Positions 59,392 through 64,000 of a stretch of DNA of 64,000 bases are shown in pieces; positions within the stretch are counted from its first letter, which is position 1, and each line of letters opens with the position of its first letter. The position numbers and the translations under genes were made by a program. The stretch is from positions 256,001-320,000 of the forward strand of contig JAOPTT010000005.1 in the NCBI GenBank assembly GCA_051531975.1. Direction: 5' to 3'. This DNA comes from Spirochaetaceae bacterium (lineage in GTDB: Bacteria > Spirochaetota > Spirochaetia > DSM-2461). The notes beneath the pieces are model-generated. The model saw nothing but the letters and a program-made list of their open reading frames with translations. It was not told the DNA's origin and ran no database searches.

Positions 59392-61551
59392 TTATTTATT
59401 TGCACTTAATATTAAATGGTTCGTAATCCAAGTAATTTCTTTTTCTGTTATTAATTCTTTTAAACATCTTACTGTTTCTTCTTTCTTATCTTCAATATTT
59501 AAAAATGCCATCGCTTTACCAAAATCACCACTAAACCAGAGATCAATATTCTCTTTTTTTATTACTCTTCTTTCAGTAATAGTTATATTGGATGATTCTA
59601 TATTAGTAAAACCCAACTCTTTTATCTTCTCTATTAAATCCCCAGAACTCCAGTTTGTTAATAAATTTTCTGGATTACTAAATATAATTTTCTCTATAGA
59701 TTCTAATGTATCTTTTAACAAATCGTTATTTACAATTAAATCTGATAACCTTGTCGATAATATAGGTAGTACTTGAGTTAGAGAGATAGCACCCTGGTTT
59801 TTTAGTTTTTTGTAGGCAGTAGTTAATATATCACTACTTTTTGTGAATTGTGTAAGTCTATTTTTTAATATTACAACTTCAAAGTCCATATCAACATCTG
59901 GTTTATCCGCATGTAAAAAATTAGGCCTATCTATAGAATCTAATGTGGAAACATAATAATTAAGAATATCCATGCTCTCTTTGTTTTCTAGACAAGATAA
60001 AACATAACCTTCTGGAACCTTTTTAAATGCTTCGAAGGTTAATGTTCCTCCTTCGTCACCTAAAAGCAGTATATTGTAATGTCTAGATATATCTAAATTT
60101 TTAAATATTTCAGATTTAATTTCATCTAAACTCTCTTTTAAATCACCCTGGGTTCGTTTAATCCATTTTTCTCTCTGTTTGTTATTAGGTGAGAAAGTCA
60201 AAACTTCCTGTGGGGCAGGTTCCATCATTATACTTAGCTGTTGCTCTCGTTTACTTAATACAGAGTTTTGAATTGTTTTCTCCCAACCTTGGTCTGATGG
60301 TTTATAAAATATTCTTCCTCTTAAAGCTTCTGGTAGATACGCCTGGGATACCCAGTGGTCTTTAAATGCGTGAGGGTATTTGTAACCCTCTCCGTGTCCA
60401 AAGCTATGTTTATCCCTAGATCCATCTTTTAAATGGTTAGGTACTTCTGTTTTTTCATCCTCAACAGCTTTTGCTGCATCAAAGTATGCCATTGTTGTAT
60501 TAGTTTTTTTAGTTGTTGCTAAATATAGTGTTGCTTGAGTTAGAAAGAATGCACCTTCAGGTAGTCCAACTCTATCAAAGGCCTGTGCGCAGCTATTTAC
60601 AACTTGTATAGCATTAGGGTCTGCTAGGCCAATATCTTCACTTGCTGATATTAACAGTCGTCTTAAAATAAAGTTTGGAGCTTCTCCGGCTCTTAACATT
60701 CTTGCAAGCCAGTATAAAGCCGCATCTGGGTCACTTCCCCTTACTGATTTAATAAATGCACTAATAGTATCGTAGTGATAGTCACCTTCTTTGTCGTATA
60801 AAATAGCTTTTTGCTGAATGCTCTCTTCTGCAGTTTCTAGATTTATTATAATTTTTTCACCATGGGGTGGGGGGAAGCTATCAGGAGTAGTTTCTACTGC
60901 AAGTTCAATTGCATTTAGTAAACTTCTGGCATCACCTGATGCTTTTTCAACTAAAAGCTCTAATGCTCCCTGAATAAACTCAACGTTCCAGTTGCCATAA
61001 CCTCTTTTTTTGTCAGCAAGAGCAGCTTTTGCTACATCAAATAGGTCAGAATCTTCTAGTTGTTTTAACTGAAATACCCGACTTCTACTAACTAAAGCGG
61101 AGTTAACCTCAAAATATGGGTTTTCTGTTGTTGCTCCAATTAATACAAATGTTCCATTTTCTACCCAGGGTAATAGGGCATCTTGTTGAGATTTATTCCA
61201 TCTATGAACCTCGTCAACAAATAATATTGTACGTTTACCATATAGTTTTCTATTTTCAGATGCTTCTTCTATGGCTTCTCTTATCTGTTTAACACCACTT
61301 AAAACAGCATTTATACTCAAAAATAGGCTTTTTGTTGTGCCGGCTATAACCCTCGCTAAGGTTGTTTTACCAGTTCCTGGTGGTCCATAAAATATTAGTG
61401 ATGATAGCTGGTCTCCCTTAATAGCCCGCCGGAGAAGCCTACCTTTACCAACAATATGATGCTGACCAAAATACTCATTTAAGTCCCTTGGTCTCATTCT
61501 TGCAGCTAGAGGTTCAGTATGGCTATCGTTTACACTATCAAAAAGATCCAT
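59392..61551 (-). CDS. rarA: Replication-associated recombination protein RarA/MgsA with about 270-aa C-terminal extension
   Basis: [64 protein letters not shown]. Confidence 0.92.
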   Translation of the reverse strand: MDLFDSVNDSHTEPLAARMRPRDLNEYFGQHHIVGKGRLLRRAIKGDQLSSLIFYGPPGTGKTTLARVIAGTTKSLFLSINAVLSGVKQIREAIEEASENRKLYGKRTILFVDEVHRWNKSQQDALLPWVENGTFVLIGATTENPYFEVNSALVSRSRVFQLKQLEDSDLFDVAKAALADKKRGYGNWNVEFIQGALELLVEKASGDARSLLNAIELAVETTPDSFPPPHGEKIIINLETAEESIQQKAILYDKEGDYHYDTISAFIKSVRGSDPDAALYWLARMLRAGEAPNFILRRLLISASEDIGLADPNAIQVVNSCAQAFDRVGLPEGAFFLTQATLYLATTKKTNTTMAYFDAAKAVEDEKTEVPNHLKDGSRDKHSFGHGEGYKYPHAFKDHWVSQAYLPEALRGRIFYKPSDQGWEKTIQNSVLSKREQQLSIMMEPAPQEVLTFSPNNKQREKWIKRTQGDLKESLDEIKSEIFKNLDISRHYNILLLGDEGGTLTFEAFKKVPEGYVLSCLENKESMDILNYYVSTLDSIDRPNFLHADKPDVDMDFEVVILKNRLTQFTKSSDILTTAYKKLKNQGAISLTQVLPILSTRLSDLIVNNDLLKDTLESIEKIIFSNPENLLTNWSSGDLIEKIKELGFTNIESSNITITERRVIKKENIDLWFSGDFGKAMAFLNIEDKKEETVRCLKELITEKEITWITNHLILSANK

Positions 61552-62130
61552 TTAAAATAGAGCTTCTAGTTGTTCTGTCGTCTGTTTAATATAAGCCTTG
61601 TAGTGCGTATCTAATTGTTCTTGTTGCCCTCGATGAAAAGTAATAAAGTCTCTATCAGTTTCAGGTTCTATCGGTTCTACTTTTCCTGTCTGTTGTGCTA
61701 ATTGCATTGCCTTTTGTTGTAATTTTGGAGCAAATTCTGCTTTGCTCTGTTCTAATAGTTTTTGGCTATTATCAATATATTGCTGATAAACTGAGATTAA
61801 AGTTGTGAAAATCTGTTCAATTTCAGGTCCATCTGGTTTTAATATTAGAAATCCTTCTTTAATTTTTATAAGTTTATCAACGTCAGCTGTTGTATTAGGT
61901 AGATTTATATTTCTTATTAATACCCATATACTACCTTTTATTGAATCTATTTTTTCTGCTTCTGGGAGCTCTTCTAACCATTTATTAAAATTATATTTTG
62001 GTTTGTTTAAAAAACTAGACCCTGCTTCTTTACCAGTCTTCTCTAACTCTTTTCGTTTTAGTTCTGTTTTATCTATTGTTACTTTGCTAGCTCTTTCCAT
62101 TGCAAGCTCATACGCCGATTTAATTGCCAC
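61552..62130 (-). CDS. Conserved hypothetical helical protein (DUF6657-like)
   Basis: N-terminal IKSAYELAMER motif; GTG start with AGGAG SD; operonic between neighbours. Confidence 0.7.
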   Translation of the reverse strand: MAIKSAYELAMERASKVTIDKTELKRKELEKTGKEAGSSFLNKPKYNFNKWLEELPEAEKIDSIKGSIWVLIRNINLPNTTADVDKLIKIKEGFLILKPDGPEIEQIFTTLISVYQQYIDNSQKLLEQSKAEFAPKLQQKAMQLAQQTGKVEPIEPETDRDFITFHRGQQEQLDTHYKAYIKQTTEQLEALF

Positions 62131-62701
62131 TATCTGCTCCTATTGTATATGTATTGTCTTCAGTTATTACAAAGTCCATTTCTATATCCCAATCTTCTGT
62201 TGGAATATTTGTACTTAACTGTAAACTATATGTTATTCCTATTTTTATTACATCTTTATGTACTGCTAAATACTTATCGTAGTACCCAGCACCTCTGCCA
62301 AGTCTATTTCCTTTAATACTAAATCCTAAACCAGGAACTAACATTAAACTTTTGTTTGTTGGAGTTGAAACTTTCAGATCTTTTGATGGTTCTAAAATAC
62401 CATAACTATTTTTTATTAGTTCATCTCTGCTTATATTATCAATTCTATAAAAATCCATAGAAGTTCCATTTATGGTTGGAGCGTATACCTTTTTATCATA
62501 GGCAATTGCTAAGTCGATTATTATGTCAGTTTCTACTTCGGTTTTAAAATTCAAAAAAAGATATATTTTCGTACTTTCTTGCCACTCTTTAGTATTTATT
62601 ATGTTCTGAGCAATTTTGTAAGAATGTGATTCTCTTGTATCTTTATCCAATGTTGAGAGTTTCTGTTCAATTTCTTTCCGAAGGGTATTCTTAATATTCA
62701 T
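62120..62701 (-). CDS. 5-formyltetrahydrofolate cyclo-ligase
   Basis: KNTLRK, EVET, YGILEP, LVPGLGF...RLGRGAGYYD, WDIEMD. Confidence 0.93.
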   Translation of the reverse strand: MNIKNTLRKEIEQKLSTLDKDTRESHSYKIAQNIINTKEWQESTKIYLFLNFKTEVETDIIIDLAIAYDKKVYAPTINGTSMDFYRIDNISRDELIKNSYGILEPSKDLKVSTPTNKSLMLVPGLGFSIKGNRLGRGAGYYDKYLAVHKDVIKIGITYSLQLSTNIPTEDWDIEMDFVITEDNTYTIGADSGN

Positions 62702-62722
62702 AATCTATCTTAATATATAATC

Positions 62723-63283
62723 ATGGATAAAGAAAAGATTGAAAGAGCAGTTCGTGACATTTTAGAAGCTATTGGAGAGAATCCAGATAGAGAAGGGTTA
62801 CTTGATACCCCAAGACGTGTAGCTAAAATGTATGAAGAGATTTTTAGTTCTGTGGGAAAAGACCCTGCTGAAGATCTTCAAGTTTTTTTTGAAGAGGATG
62901 GTCACGAAGAGTTAATTCTTGTAAAAGACATTCCTTTTTATTCTTGTTGTGAACATCATCTGGTTCCCTTTTTTGGAAAAGCTCATATAGGTTACATTCC
63001 AAGGGATGGGAAAATTACTGGTTTAAGTAAACTAGCAAGGGTTGTAGATACAGTATCTAAACGTCCACAACTACAGGAGAGGTTTACTACTCAGATATGT
63101 GATGCATTAGAGAAACAATTACATCCTTTAGGGGTAATTGTTGTTGTTGAGGCTGAGCATATGTGTATGACAATGCGTGGTGTGAAAAAATCCGGTTCTA
63201 AAACTATAACTAGTGGTGTTAGAGGTTGTTTTCAAACTGATGCTAAAGCTAGAGCAGAGGCTCTACAACTTATAAAATTCTAA
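62723..63283 (+). CDS. folE: GTP cyclohydrolase I
   Basis: [40 protein letters not shown]. Confidence 0.97.
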   Translation: MDKEKIERAVRDILEAIGENPDREGLLDTPRRVAKMYEEIFSSVGKDPAEDLQVFFEEDGHEELILVKDIPFYSCCEHHLVPFFGKAHIGYIPRDGKITGLSKLARVVDTVSKRPQLQERFTTQICDALEKQLHPLGVIVVVEAEHMCMTMRGVKKSGSKTITSGVRGCFQTDAKARAEALQLIKF

Positions 63284-63284
63284 T

Positions 63285-64000
63285 ATGAAAGATCTACGAT
63301 ATTCTCCAGTAATTAATAGTGTCACAAAATGGCGCAGTTTTAACTTTAACTGGGGAGAAAGAACATATATTATGGGAATTCTTAATGTTACTCCAGACTC
63401 ATTTTCTGATGGAGGAGAATTTAATAATATTCAAGATAGTCTAATTAAAGCAGAACTTATGATTAATCAAGGTGCTGACGTTATTGATGTAGGTGGTGAA
63501 TCAACTAGACCTGGAGCCGCCTCTGTATCTGTTTCAGAAGAGATAAATAGAGTTGTTCCAGTAATAAAAGTCTTAAAAGAAAAATTTTCTGTTCCAGTAT
63601 CTTTAGATACTTCTAAATCTGAGGTTGGTTTAAAGGGGTTAGAAGCTGGTGCCGACTTAATAAACGATGTTTGGGCATTCCAAAGAGACCCAAAACTTGC
63701 AAATGTTACTGCTGATTTTAATGTTCCGGCTATTTTAATGCACAATAAAGTAGATTCTAATTATTCTAAGGATATTATAGAATCCATGAAGTTATTTTTT
63801 AATAGATCTTTAGAAATTGCTTTTAAAGCTGGAGTTGCCGAGGATAAAATAATCTTAGATCCAGGTATAGGTTTTGGTAAAACCCAAGAACATAACAGAG
63901 AAGTACTATCTAGGTTAGGGGAGTTACATTCTCTAGGGTTTCCTCTACTTTTAGGAACTTCTAGAAAGTCTATAATTGGAACTATTTTGGATTTACCTCC
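63285..64000 (+). CDS. folP: Dihydropteroate synthase (partial, runs off the window)
   Basis: Not in the ORF track. ATG 63285 reads ...YIMGILNVTPDSFSDGG...DVGGESTRPG...INDVW...LDPGIGFGK...GTSRKS. Confidence 0.95.
   Translation, partial: MKDLRYSPVINSVTKWRSFNFNWGERTYIMGILNVTPDSFSDGGEFNNIQDSLIKAELMINQGADVIDVGGESTRPGAASVSVSEEINRVVPVIKVLKEKFSVPVSLDTSKSEVGLKGLEAGADLINDVWAFQRDPKLANVTADFNVPAILMHNKVDSNYSKDIIESMKLFFNRSLEIAFKAGVAEDKIILDPGIGFGKTQEHNREVLSRLGELHSLGFPLLLGTSRKSIIGTILDLP

Overview
AT-rich bacterial chromosomal window. A free-living Spirochaetales-like anaerobe is inferred from the gene repertoire; this is not proven. Left third (1-26.5 kb) is accessory: orphan solute-binding protein/histidine kinase pairs, three decayed gene relics, an MCP, and a divergent locus with a GH3 glycosidase on one side and a GxGYxYP-domain protein, glycyl-radical activating enzyme and glycyl radical enzyme (GRE) on the other. 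The GRE has an atypical GCNW cysteine loop. Related operator-like boxes tentatively link this locus to an MFS-GntR/FadR operon at 24.3-26.4 kb. This is the best candidate for an undescribed system, a putative radical-based glycoside/sugar-derivative catabolic pathway. Middle: yidD-fumarase alpha/beta, a LacI-sensor histidine kinase, sufS-sufU, a TetR-controlled radical SAM/aldehyde dehydrogenase/flavin oxidoreductase operon with two clear palindromic operators, and a tupABC-moeA-moeA/PBP-moaA-moaC-MOSC operon under a P3-less Moco (Tuco-type) RNA motif with a terminator. Right: a candidate small RNA downstream of hpt, then core genes (hpt, nrnA-like, argF, lon, clpX, clpP, tig, four tRNAs, rarA fusion, 5-formyl-THF cyclo-ligase, folE, partial folP). 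Several genes look leaderless. No CRISPR array, rRNA, integrase or transposase was seen.
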